From the NCBI GenBank assembly GCA_016180065.1, contig JACPBY010000001.1, forward strand, positions 30,633 through 94,632: a DNA stretch of 64,000 nt, given 5' to 3'. Below, in pieces: positions 9,951 through 18,895 of this stretch. Position 1 is the first letter of the stretch; each line of letters begins with the position of its first letter. Source of the stretch: Candidatus Woesearchaeota archaeon (GTDB lineage Archaea; Nanobdellota; Nanobdellia; Woesearchaeales; UBA10216). A program made the translations under genes and the position numbers. The notes under the pieces were generated by a model. That model did no database searches. It had not been told where the DNA came from and worked only from the letters and a program-made list of their open reading frames with translations.

Positions 9951-10051
9951 CAGCCAGCTTCGGTCAGCTTAACGCTGACTTCGCTAGCCTCCCTTCAGGA
10001 ACCGAGGGGAGGACTAATGAACCGTTTGCGGTAGCAACGGCGAAGCTGGCT
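9951..10051 (-). ncRNA. Candidate structured RNA or leader element: an 11-12 bp closing stem enclosing three hairpins in a cloverleaf-like arrangement, in the tyrS 5' region.
   Basis: cagccagcttcg (9951-9962) pairs with cgaagctggct (10041-10051). Internal hairpins are gtcagc-ttaac-gctgac (9963-9979), cctccc-N13-gggagg (9988-10012) and ccgtt(t)gc-ggta-gcaacgg (10022-10040). The strand is assigned by tyrS orientation and is uncertain. Confidence 0.3.
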
Positions 10052-10125
10052 TAACGATGAACTTTTCAATAACGCCCATTGCTTTGGAACTCCTCATTGG
10101 ACACTGGACATCCCTCCGGCGAACG

Positions 10126-10134
10126 TATTTAAAT
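10126..10134. promoter_or_regulatory. Palindromic TATA box TATTTAAAT in the divergent tyrS / cas4-like intergenic region. Probably serves the leaderless cas4-like start at 10166 and possibly tyrS.
   Basis: A/T box 32 bp upstream of the ATG at 10166. Confidence 0.4.
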
Positions 10135-10165
10135 CAACGTGCCTTCTGCACTGCCAAAGTCTAAC

Positions 10166-11026
10166 ATGGCAGAAGTCATTGAGGAGGACATTGAAGCAGC
10201 AAAATGCAAAGAAGAGCAGGGCATAGACTGCAAGCAGAACACTATGGTCTCAGTCACAGATATCACTTCTTACATGTACTGCCCCAGGACGCTTTATGTG
10301 CGAAAAGTGCTGGGCTATGAAGAACCACCCAACAAGGCCATGGTCCTCGGCTCAATAAGGCACAGTTTCTACGACCTTGCAAACAAGCACGAAGAAAGAA
10401 TCGTTGCCAGGATGCCTTCAGGGTTCACGAGAGAAGAAATCATCGCGGCTTACTTGGAGACATACCAAAACCTTCTCAGGGTTGCGGCCGTAAACAGAGC
10501 CAACTCTCTTGCGCAGTTTGACCTTGACCCTTTTTCTGTCATTTCCGAGCTTAAGCCCGCAGCCATTGCAGAGGCGAAAGAGAGAGCAGAAAACGTCTTC
10601 AGCTTCGCATCCCGGCAGAACATTTTTGGCGAGGAGCTATGGCAGGAGCTGAGCCCCAAGATACTTTCAGAGCTTAAAATAAAGTCGGCAGCCCTGAGGC
10701 TCAAAGGCGTTGTTGACAAGGTGGAGCTTTACAAAGATGCCCTGCTGCCCATAGAGCTCAAAACCGGCAAGATGGCAAGAGATGGAGTCTGGCCAGGCCA
10801 CAGAATCCAAGTGGCCGCCTACATGATGATGCTTCAGGAAAAGTTTGGCATGCCAGTTACAAAAGCAGTTATCAACTACCTGGACCACAACTGCACAAGG
10901 ACTGTTGTAATGAACCCCTACATGGGGCTGGAGGTCAAAAGGCTGACAGAAGACGTAATCCGGCTTCTAAACAGCAGAACAACCCCTAAGCCGTGCGGGA
11001 GGGAAAGGTGTGCGTGTGAGAGCTGA
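10166..11026 (+). CDS. Cas4-like / RecB-family PD-(D/E)XK nuclease (DUF83) with a C-terminal 4-Cys Fe-S cluster. Standalone, with no CRISPR array nearby.
   Basis: N-terminal YCPRTLY Cys, IELKTGK (ExK) and QVAAY motifs, and C-terminal CGRERCAC. The ORF-track start at 10139 is a GTG; the ATG at 10166 is preferred on TATA spacing. Confidence 0.75.
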   Translation: MAEVIEEDIEAAKCKEEQGIDCKQNTMVSVTDITSYMYCPRTLYVRKVLGYEEPPNKAMVLGSIRHSFYDLANKHEERIVARMPSGFTREEIIAAYLETYQNLLRVAAVNRANSLAQFDLDPFSVISELKPAAIAEAKERAENVFSFASRQNIFGEELWQELSPKILSELKIKSAALRLKGVVDKVELYKDALLPIELKTGKMARDGVWPGHRIQVAAYMMMLQEKFGMPVTKAVINYLDHNCTRTVVMNPYMGLEVKRLTEDVIRLLNSRTTPKPCGRERCACES

Positions 11027-11035
11027 GTGGGGAAC

Positions 11036-12136
11036 TCACCGTTTCAGGTAAACCTTTCTTGCAGGCCAGCTTATCTCAATGCCTTCCTTTTCGTAAGCCT
11101 TGGCCAGCCTTTTAATGAACTCGTGCAGAACAACATACTTCGCAACAGGCTCGCCAACCCTCAGGACTACTGAGAAATTGATGTTGGAATCCCCAAATTC
11201 GTTAAACCTGATGAATGGCTCAAAGTCCCTTGCAGCGCCATTAACAGCCTGCTGAACGTCCTTTGCAGTTTTTACAGTGACTCTTTCAACCTTTTCCAAG
11301 TCACTGCCGTAAGCAACCCCACACTTGACAAAAAAGCTTGTTTCCTGCGAAGGAAGGTAGTAGTTTGTTATCACGCTCTGCGCCAGCTTGCTGTTCGGAA
11401 TCACTATCACGTTATTGGGAAGAGTCCTGACCTTGGTAGAGCGCCAGCCAATTTCCTCAACATATCCGTCCTCGCCGTTTTCAAGCCTGATAAAGTCTCC
11501 GGTCCTGACAGGCCTGTCAGCCATAATGTAAATCCCGGCAAAGAAGTTGGCCAAGGTGTCCTGCAAGGCCAGGGCAACAGCCAGGCTGGCAACGCCAACG
11601 CTTGCAACCAAAGCGGTTACCTTGACATTCATCTGGTCAAGAAGGCCTATAACTGCTATGACATAGATAAAAACAGTGGCAGCTCTCCCTGCCAAGGGCA
11701 GGAAGTGCCTGGCAACCTCAGACTCCGCCCCGGTTCGCTTCTTAAGCTGCCAGCCTATCAGGGCAGCCGTAATCCTGGAAGCGGCATAAGCAATCAATAG
11801 TATTATAGATGCCTTGTAAAGCCTTCCCAGAAAGTCAGCATAAGCCGCCAAGGCATTAATCTGAAGCAGTGAAACATACGTGCCTGTAAAAAGAGCAAGA
11901 ACATACATCGGCTTTTTCAGGGCAGCGACAATTGCATCGTCAAGCTCAGTCCCTGTCCTCTTTGCGAAGGTAGCGAGGTAAAAATTCATGAGAAAATGGA
12001 TAAAAAAAGCCAAAACCAGAAACGCGCCAAGCGTCATGGCAGCTGTCATGAGGTCACCATACGGCAAGGCAGATATGGCTCCAAGAGAAGGCAAGCCGGC
12101 AATTGCCCTAAAAAGGTTTCCCTGCAAAATTGGCAT
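11036..12136 (-). CDS. mscS: Small-conductance mechanosensitive channel (MscS family).
   Basis: Three N-terminal TM helices followed by the MscS beta-domain (GDFIRLENGEDGYVEEIGWRSTKVRTLPNNVIVIPNSKL). The start at 12184 is a TTG; the ATG at 12136 is preferred. Confidence 0.8.
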   Translation of the reverse strand: MPILQGNLFRAIAGLPSLGAISALPYGDLMTAAMTLGAFLVLAFFIHFLMNFYLATFAKRTGTELDDAIVAALKKPMYVLALFTGTYVSLLQINALAAYADFLGRLYKASIILLIAYAASRITAALIGWQLKKRTGAESEVARHFLPLAGRAATVFIYVIAVIGLLDQMNVKVTALVASVGVASLAVALALQDTLANFFAGIYIMADRPVRTGDFIRLENGEDGYVEEIGWRSTKVRTLPNNVIVIPNSKLAQSVITNYYLPSQETSFFVKCGVAYGSDLEKVERVTVKTAKDVQQAVNGAARDFEPFIRFNEFGDSNINFSVVLRVGEPVAKYVVLHEFIKRLAKAYEKEGIEISWPARKVYLKR

Positions 12137-12291
12137 AGTGCAAGGGAAAAACAGCACTTTTTTATGCTTTTCTGTCCCAATCAAGACAATTCCACAACAT
12201 TTAAATATAAGCTATGCCCCTGAAAAAAGCAATTTCATTAGCATTATGCAATAGTAACTATCTCATTGACAAGAGGGTTGGGTGTGTCTTG

Positions 12292-12555
12292 ATGGCTGAA
12301 GAAGACAAAAAGTTTTCTAGGCAGATTATCGGAAAAATTGTTGTAAGCAAGTCCGGCAAAAGATTTGGAGAGGTCGCGGACATAGTGTTTGAGACAAAAA
12401 CAGGGGAGCTCATACACCTGGTCCTTGCCAACCCAACACCCTACATTCAGAAGCTTGAGCTGGAAAGAGATGGAGAAGGCAACATTCTCATACCATTCAG
12501 CGCAGTGATGGCGATGGGGGACTTTCTCGTTATTTCTGAAGAAGACATTGTTTAA
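12292..12555 (+). CDS. PRC-barrel domain protein.
   Basis: GKIVVSKSGKRFGEVADIVFETKTGELIHLVL is typical of the archaeal PRC barrel. The ATG at 12214 sits only 2 bp from the TATA-like box at 12199-12212, so the ATG at 12292 (87 aa) is preferred. Confidence 0.6.
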   Translation: MAEEDKKFSRQIIGKIVVSKSGKRFGEVADIVFETKTGELIHLVLANPTPYIQKLELERDGEGNILIPFSAVMAMGDFLVISEEDIV

Positions 12556-12609
12556 ATGGCTCCATTAATGCATAAACATTTCTTTTTGGGCAGCTTCAGG
12601 CTTTGCTTT

Positions 12610-13899
12610 TCACCGCAGCAGCCATTTCCAGAGAGGGATAAGCTTCACATTTTTTCCTTTGATTTTTTCTTCCCCCTCTTCGCTGTTTGTTATAATGGAC
12701 AGGTTGCTGCATTTCAGCTCTTTTGACGCCTTCAGCAAGGATGCAATCTCCCTTTCCCGCGTTCTGGTATCCTCGAGGGAAAATGCCACTTGCAGCAGCT
12801 CTTTAACCCTGCCTTTTTCCAGAACAACAAAATCAACCTCTTTCCCGTCAGCAGACTTGTAGTAATAAACTTCCTTGTCCCTTCTTAAATGCTCTATGAA
12901 AACAAGGTTTTCCATGAGAGTCCCATCGCCGCTTATGCCATTAGCAGTCAATATGCCATTGTCTACAAGGTAAATTTTTGGCAGGGACAGCTCTGCATTC
13001 CTGTATGAGTATGAGAATTTCCGCAAGGGAAAAACGAAAAACACATCATTCAGGGCGTCAACATAGTTATAGAGGGAATTCTTGCCCGCTCTCAAACCAG
13101 CCGACTTGGTAAAATTATAAAATTTATGCACAGAAAATTCTTTGGCAGCCGAGCTTATCAAGGACTTTATCAGGAGCTTGAGCAGCTTTATGTTCCTTAT
13201 CTTATATCTTTCAATCACGTCCCTGAAGATTGTAGTCTCAAAAATATCCGCCAGCAGCTTTTCCTTCTCTTTCGGGTATATGATGACTTCAGGATAGCCG
13301 CCTCCCACCATATACATATTTAGCCTGTTAATGACTTCCGCCTTTTCAGCTGAAGAAAGATACCTGCCCGTTTTTACCTTATTCGCAGAAAGGTAGTCCG
13401 CAAATGAAAAAGGCAGCATTTTGTATGGTACTGCTCTTCCCCTCATTGCTGTCGCTATTTCCCTGCTTAAGAGCTTTGAAGAGGAGCCTGAAATAAATAC
13501 CTGCACGTTTTCGGAATCGATTACAGCCCTGACGAACTTCTCCCAGTTTTCAACATTCTGTATTTCGTCAAGAAAAAGCCACACCTTCACGAGCCTGTTT
13601 TTTGGGCATATCTCGTAAAAGGTTTCCATCAGGCTATCCAAATCCCGGCTGCTGCAGCCCTCCAGGTCTGACCTTTCAAAATTTATGTACGCCACCCTTT
13701 CCATGCTTGCATGTTTCAAGATACTGCTTATCACCTGAAACATGGCATAAGTCTTGCCCGCTCTTCTTGGCCCTATTATGGAGATAGCCCTTTTCAAAGG
13801 CACTTCTTCAGGAATGGAAATTTCCCTTTCAACCAGTTCAGGCACGCCTTTCGCGTGAAAGTCCCTTATTGCCTCCGCCCACTTTTCTTTCGGTATCAT
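12610..13899 (-). CDS. AAA+ superfamily ATPase, COG1373-type (AAA_14 plus DUF4143).
   Basis: Walker A GPRRAGKT, Walker B LFLDEIQ, and a DUF4143-like C-terminal half. Confidence 0.8.
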   Translation of the reverse strand: MIPKEKWAEAIRDFHAKGVPELVEREISIPEEVPLKRAISIIGPRRAGKTYAMFQVISSILKHASMERVAYINFERSDLEGCSSRDLDSLMETFYEICPKNRLVKVWLFLDEIQNVENWEKFVRAVIDSENVQVFISGSSSKLLSREIATAMRGRAVPYKMLPFSFADYLSANKVKTGRYLSSAEKAEVINRLNMYMVGGGYPEVIIYPKEKEKLLADIFETTIFRDVIERYKIRNIKLLKLLIKSLISSAAKEFSVHKFYNFTKSAGLRAGKNSLYNYVDALNDVFFVFPLRKFSYSYRNAELSLPKIYLVDNGILTANGISGDGTLMENLVFIEHLRRDKEVYYYKSADGKEVDFVVLEKGRVKELLQVAFSLEDTRTREREIASLLKASKELKCSNLSIITNSEEGEEKIKGKNVKLIPLWKWLLR

Positions 13900-13921
13900 A
13901 AGGGATTATATAGAAAGAAAC

Positions 13922-13931
13922 TATTTATAAA
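13922..13931 (-). promoter_or_regulatory. TATA box TATTTATAAA 23 bp upstream of the ATPase ATG at 13899.
   Basis: Spacing is consistent with a leaderless transcript. Confidence 0.45.
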
Positions 13932-14016
13932 TGTTTCCCTTCGTAAAGACCTAATGCTTGAAAACCCCAGTTGCCGCCCTCTTGCCTGGCTGTGAGGCCC
14001 CGTTTTTTTGCAAAAC

Positions 14017-14024
14017 TTTATATT
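14017..14024 (+). promoter_or_regulatory. TATA box TTTATATT 24 bp upstream of rfcS.
   Basis: A/T box at leaderless spacing. Confidence 0.45.
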
Positions 14025-14047
14025 AGCCCCAGCTTCCTGCAACCAGC

Positions 14048-15007
14048 ATGGACAGCGCTTTGTGGGCGGAAAAATACAGGCCGTCAGACTTCACAGAAGT
14101 TATTGGCCAGGAAGAGATAGTGAAAAGAATAAGGGCTTTTGTGAAGCACCAGAACCTCCCCCATCTCATATTCTCAGGCCCGCCCGGCGTTGGCAAGACA
14201 TCAACAGCCATTGTAATAGCAAAGCAGCTTTACGGCGAAAACTGGCGGCAGAACATCATTGAATTAAACGCGAGTGATGAAAGGGGTATTGACGTTGTAA
14301 GAACCAAGGTCAAGGATTTTGCAAGGACAAAATCAATTGGCGAAGTGCCATTCAAAATCTGCATCCTTGACGAGTCAGACTCACTCACAAGAGAGGCACA
14401 GCAGGCTTTGCGCAGGACAATGGAGAATTACACAGCAACGTGCAGGTTCATTCTGCTCGCGAACTACTCCTCAAAGATAATAGAGCCAATACAGAGCAGG
14501 TGCGCGGTTTTCAGGTTCAAGCCCCTGTCAGAAGAGGAAGTGATGAAAATAATTGACAAAGTAGCTTCTGCAGAAAAACTTGTTGTTGACGGAAAAGCCA
14601 GAAAGGCGCTTGTTGAAGCATCTGAAGGCGACTGCAGGAAGCTGGAAAACATGCTCCAGAGCTGCGCAGTGCTGTCGCCAAACGTGACAGAAGACCTTAT
14701 CTACTCCGTGGCCAGTGCAGTAAGGCCAAAAGAGGTTAAAGAAGTAATAAGCCTGGCATTCTCAGGCAATTTCCAAAAAGCCAGGGACAAGCTGCTTGAA
14801 ACCATGCTTGCCCACGGCCTGTCAGGGCTGGACATCATAAAACAGCTTCAGAAAGAGCTTCTTGAAGCGAAAACCGAGCCAAAAAATAAGCTGCTGCTAA
14901 TAGAGAAATGCGGCGAGATAGAATTCAGGATGAGCGAAGGGGCTGACGAGTTCGTCCAGCTTGAAGCACTGTTAAGCCAGATTGCGCTTGCCGGAACAAA
15001 AGCCTGA
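14048..15007 (+). CDS. rfcS: Replication factor C small subunit.
   Basis: WAEKYRP, Walker A GPPGVGKT, DEAD-like ILDESD, and the SRC motif (QSRCAVFRF). Confidence 0.9.
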   Translation: MDSALWAEKYRPSDFTEVIGQEEIVKRIRAFVKHQNLPHLIFSGPPGVGKTSTAIVIAKQLYGENWRQNIIELNASDERGIDVVRTKVKDFARTKSIGEVPFKICILDESDSLTREAQQALRRTMENYTATCRFILLANYSSKIIEPIQSRCAVFRFKPLSEEEVMKIIDKVASAEKLVVDGKARKALVEASEGDCRKLENMLQSCAVLSPNVTEDLIYSVASAVRPKEVKEVISLAFSGNFQKARDKLLETMLAHGLSGLDIIKQLQKELLEAKTEPKNKLLLIEKCGEIEFRMSEGADEFVQLEALLSQIALAGTKA

Positions 15008-15073
15008 ACAGGCCCTTCAAAATAGCAAATATTATATACCTTTTGCTCCAGAAACGAAGCTCATTCCAGGGAA

Positions 15074-17458
15074 ATGGCCATGAAAAAAGAGGGGAACAAC
15101 AGAAGAACGGGAGAGATAGCAGGCTATCATGGGCTTAGTGCAGGCATTGAAAACCTGCCATCGCAACTTCTCAAGCTCAAGCCAGCATACGACGGGCTGA
15201 TAAACAGCCTCACAGAACAGCTTTCACGGAAAACAAAAGAGATAGAGCGGATAAGGGACTACACAACCCAACTCGAGGAAGGGGAGAAAGGCCTTGTGCA
15301 GGAACTGACACAGCAGCTTACGCTAAAAGATGAGGAGATAAGCAGGATAGCGTCGCTTTACGCGAAAAAAGAAGCCGAAAACAGAAAGCTGTCTTCAGTT
15401 CTCGAAGCCCAACTGGCATCACAGAAAGTTCATGCCGACAGAATCAAAACCCTCCTGGTGAGGAAAGAGGAAGAAACTGCAAGGCTCGTGGAAAGCCTCA
15501 GAAAAGAGCTTGAGCGGAAAGGCACGGAAATCGCATCGCTAAGGGGCATACTCATTGCCAAAGGCCAGACCGCAGCAGCCAGCATAAGCTTCCCAGACGT
15601 GAGTTCCTACTCAAGGCAAACTGAGGCAATGCAAAGGCAACTCTCAAGCAAAGACCTTGAACTCAAAAAGCTTGAACAGATGCTTCTGGAAGAGCAAAGG
15701 CTGGGCAAATCAGTGCAGGCAAGGCTCAAGGAGCAGCTAACACAATCAACAGCCATGGTTGAAGAGCTGAAATCCTTCATCATTGAAAAAGAAAAGCTGG
15801 CACAAAACCTTGAATCGGCATTTGAAAAAAGGCTTGCAGCAAAAGAAGATGAAGCCAGGAGAATAAGAAGCCTTTTCGCAGCAAAGCCAGAAACAAGGCT
15901 GCACAAAGAGCTGGATGGGCTGAAGTCAGAGCTCCAGATAAAGGAAGAAACCTCCAGGCTGGCAGCAGAGGAAATTGCAAAGCTAAAAGAGCAGCTTGGA
16001 ATGCTGAGGAAAAGGCTTGACGAAAGGCAGAAAATGTTCTTTGAAAGCGAAAGGTCATATGAAGAGCTGATAGTCAAGCTCAGGGAGCAGCACGAAACCA
16101 GAATCAAGACCCTGATTCACGAGGCTTCACAAAAGGAAGCAGTGCTAAAATCAGCAATTGAAGAAGAAAAGGTGAAGCTCCACAGGGAAACAGCCATGAT
16201 GAAGGAAAAAGAAAACCAAGTAGAAGATGCGCTTCAGGCATTCGCAAGGACATCCCAACAGCTGATACGGCTGGGTGAGGCTGCCACGCTTAGCGAGCCC
16301 GAAGCAGGCGTCATGGTTGCCAGCCTGAAGCAGAAGGAGAAAGAGCTTGAAGAAAAAGAAAACCAGATGCTGGAGGAAAAGAAGCTCGCAGAAGAACAGC
16401 TTGGGAAAGAAAAGGAGCTTGCCGAACAGCAATTGGAAGAAGAGCGAAAAAACGCAGAGGAACGGCTTGAGCAGGAAAAGAAGCACATGGAAGAAAGGTC
16501 AAAATACATCCACTCCAAAGAAGCCGAACTGAAAAAAATGCTGGCAGAAACAGAAGCCAAAATTGCAGAGCTGAAAAGCAAAGAAACAGAAATCGAAAGG
16601 AAAGAAGCAACAATGGCGAGAAAGGAACAACTTCTCCTGAAAGAACAGGAAGCGCTGAGCAAAGAGCTGGACGTGCTAACCAACGCAGGCATAGAAATCA
16701 CAAGGTCAAAAAACTACATCAAGCAAAAGATTGAGCAGTTTACAAGCCTTGAAATTCAGCCACAGCAGGCAAAGCAACAGCCAACGATAAACGCGCCAGA
16801 AACGCCACAGCCAAAAACACCTTCAACACAACAGTTAAGCTTCGGAGAGCTTGGAGGCAGCGAAGCCCAGATGGCTGAGGAAGAGGAAAACCTGGGCACA
16901 CCAAAGTTTGACGGCATAACCTCTGCGGAAACAGAAGTCAGGGCAGCCCCTGCCGAATTGGGAAATGAAGAAGAAGCAATAACACCTGCAGCTGCCAAAA
17001 CAAAGCAAAAAGAATCCGCAATTAAGCTCAAAACAGGCAAAGCCAAGGCAGCAGCAATAAGGCAGAAAAAAACAAAGACAAAAGCAGCACCCAAGAAAAC
17101 AAGCAGGCTGAAAAAATCCAGGCTCACTGTTAAAACAAATGCAATAAAAACAAAGCTGATTCAGAAGAAACCGCTAAAAACTGCTTTTAAGCAACAACCA
17201 AAGAAAATCGTTGCAGCAGCTGCCGCCGTAGCAGGAGAGCCCGGGAAAGGCCTCGCTGCAGAAGAGATGCACGGAAAGCCCGGCCAGGAGCTCTTCACAG
17301 AGCTAGGAGGCTATTCAGAGCTGGATGAGATAAAATCAGTAGTGGACGTGGGCATGCAGCACGGCGACAGCATAGAACAGATAAGGCAAAGCCTCATATC
17401 ATCAGGATACTCAAAACAAAACATTGAAAAAGCTCTGGAAAACATCAAGAAAGGATAA
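15074..17458 (+). CDS. Long coiled-coil protein (794 aa) with a K-rich basic linker and a C-terminal UBA-like helical domain.
   Basis: Roughly 500 aa of heptad-like E/K/L/Q-rich sequence. The C-terminus DSIEQIRQSLISSGYSKQNIEKALENIKKG resembles UBA/NAC-type domains. TATA ATTATATA at 15031-15038. Confidence 0.65.
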   Translation: MAMKKEGNNRRTGEIAGYHGLSAGIENLPSQLLKLKPAYDGLINSLTEQLSRKTKEIERIRDYTTQLEEGEKGLVQELTQQLTLKDEEISRIASLYAKKEAENRKLSSVLEAQLASQKVHADRIKTLLVRKEEETARLVESLRKELERKGTEIASLRGILIAKGQTAAASISFPDVSSYSRQTEAMQRQLSSKDLELKKLEQMLLEEQRLGKSVQARLKEQLTQSTAMVEELKSFIIEKEKLAQNLESAFEKRLAAKEDEARRIRSLFAAKPETRLHKELDGLKSELQIKEETSRLAAEEIAKLKEQLGMLRKRLDERQKMFFESERSYEELIVKLREQHETRIKTLIHEASQKEAVLKSAIEEEKVKLHRETAMMKEKENQVEDALQAFARTSQQLIRLGEAATLSEPEAGVMVASLKQKEKELEEKENQMLEEKKLAEEQLGKEKELAEQQLEEERKNAEERLEQEKKHMEERSKYIHSKEAELKKMLAETEAKIAELKSKETEIERKEATMARKEQLLLKEQEALSKELDVLTNAGIEITRSKNYIKQKIEQFTSLEIQPQQAKQQPTINAPETPQPKTPSTQQLSFGELGGSEAQMAEEEENLGTPKFDGITSAETEVRAAPAELGNEEEAITPAAAKTKQKESAIKLKTGKAKAAAIRQKKTKTKAAPKKTSRLKKSRLTVKTNAIKTKLIQKKPLKTAFKQQPKKIVAAAAAVAGEPGKGLAAEEMHGKPGQELFTELGGYSELDEIKSVVDVGMQHGDSIEQIRQSLISSGYSKQNIEKALENIKKG

Positions 17459-17486
17459 CCTGTTTCAGAAAAACCATTCTCAACTA

Positions 17487-18851
17487 TCAGGACCTGGCGC
17501 CGCACTTGCCTGTCCACTGACCGACACCAGCCTGGCAAACCTCCACGTTCCCACTGCCGCAATCCTTAACCTGGCCGACCAAGCATAGTGGAGGAACTGG
17601 CGGAAGAGGCGGTATCGCTGCGGTGCATCCTGCAGGGTAATAGTTCCATTTGAGAGAGCCGCAGTTGCAGGTGAGTGCAACAGAGTCCCACTGGCCACCA
17701 GAGCTTGTGCATTTGCCCATGACATCACTGTAGCGCGGGTTGGTATTAGGATTTGATGCTTGCTGCTGTTGCTGTGCCCCTCCTTGCTGACCGTCCGCCT
17801 GGCCGCCGGTGTCAGGCTCGCCAAGCAGGTGCTTCACAAGAATCTTGGTGTTTCTAGAGACAAGGTAGTTGTAATCAAGCTTCAGGTCAACCTTCTTTAC
17901 AGCATCTTCATTGGCAGTAGCCTGAATGCACGAGAACGTGCCCTCCCCCCCACTAAGCCTGAGATAGCCCGTGAATTTTCCAGTAGGATCTGCTGTCCCG
18001 CCCGTCAAGCCGCTGCATGATATGCCCGGCATGCCCGTAATGACGCCGACAAGAACCTGGTCCTGCTTTGAAAACTGGGTTTTGTCACATTCTGTTACAG
18101 GTATAGTTTTATCAACCTTAAACACGCTGCCGCTACCAACATTTTTTACATTAAAAGTGAGCAAAACCTTGTTCCTGCCGCCAACACTTTCCTTAACCGA
18201 AGTAACGTGAACAGGCGCACCGGAACTAAACACCTGCTTCTGCTCAGCTATCTGGCAAACGCCGGAAACGCGCTTTGTAGCATCAGCCCTTATGCACACA
18301 TCAGTGGCAGCCTTGGTCTGGTAAGTGTAGCAAAGGTCAGCCTGTATTGGGAACTCGTTATTGCCCTGAAGCTGCCTCTGGTACGCCAGGTTGGTAAACT
18401 GAACATCTGCAACCGAGCCAGGTATTTTATTGCCGTCAGGGTCTTTCTTAACGCCGTCAAGGGAGCTCTCAGGATTCTTGCCCTTCAGCAAAACCTCCTG
18501 CCCATCCACGTTTACCGTGACGACTTTCCCGCCAGCCGTAGTAGTTTTCAGAAAGTCACTTGCTGAAATGCCGCTTATGGTAATATGCGACCCTGCTTTT
18601 TGCACATCTGATTCCCCGATGTTTTCCATCAGCATGATAATGTCAAACGTGTTGACAGGCTTGCCGCCACTCATTTGCGCATCAGTAACCTCTGAAGGAG
18701 GAGAGTTCTCGGCAAACTTCATGGTCAGGCCTTCTGTGCCGCCAATAAAAGGAGTTGTGTCAGAAGATGCTGGCCCCTTGCCGCCGCCCTTGCAGCCGGC
18801 AACAGCCAAGGCAATTGCAATCAAAAGAACAGCTAAAACCCCTTTTCGCAT
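17487..18851 (-). CDS. Secreted lipoprotein with a Cys-rich C-terminal tail. Paralog of the protein encoded at 20495..21730.
   Basis: Signal peptide with lipobox MRKGVLAVLLIAIALAVAG|C. Shares a conserved block LCYTYQTKAATDVCIRADATK with the paralog. TATA TATTTAAAT at 18883-18891, 32 bp upstream. Confidence 0.7.
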   Translation of the reverse strand: MRKGVLAVLLIAIALAVAGCKGGGKGPASSDTTPFIGGTEGLTMKFAENSPPSEVTDAQMSGGKPVNTFDIIMLMENIGESDVQKAGSHITISGISASDFLKTTTAGGKVVTVNVDGQEVLLKGKNPESSLDGVKKDPDGNKIPGSVADVQFTNLAYQRQLQGNNEFPIQADLCYTYQTKAATDVCIRADATKRVSGVCQIAEQKQVFSSGAPVHVTSVKESVGGRNKVLLTFNVKNVGSGSVFKVDKTIPVTECDKTQFSKQDQVLVGVITGMPGISCSGLTGGTADPTGKFTGYLRLSGGEGTFSCIQATANEDAVKKVDLKLDYNYLVSRNTKILVKHLLGEPDTGGQADGQQGGAQQQQQASNPNTNPRYSDVMGKCTSSGGQWDSVALTCNCGSLKWNYYPAGCTAAIPPLPPVPPLCLVGQVKDCGSGNVEVCQAGVGQWTGKCGARS

Positions 18852-18895
18852 TTCAATCACAACTTAAAACTGGAGACAGGCGTATTTAAATGTTT

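Noticed and set aside
9941-10060. C/D box sRNA interpretation of the tyrS upstream element (ATGATA, CTGA, ATGAA boxes present)
   Set aside because: Box spacing is wrong: the candidate C box is 26 nt from the candidate D' box instead of about 12 nt. The boxes are imperfect, and no terminal C/D pairing with a k-turn is evident.
10139-13899. CRISPR array or additional cas genes near the Cas4-like nuclease
   Set aside because: No direct repeats with regular spacing were found in the flanking intergenic regions. The neighbours are tyrS, mscS, a PRC-barrel gene and an AAA ATPase.
15607-16701. Several minus-strand ORFs (166, 155, 111, 100 aa) inside the coiled-coil gene
   Set aside because: Their S/L/F-rich low-complexity translations are artefacts of the repetitive GAA/AAG-rich coding strand, and the sense-strand gene is clearly coherent.
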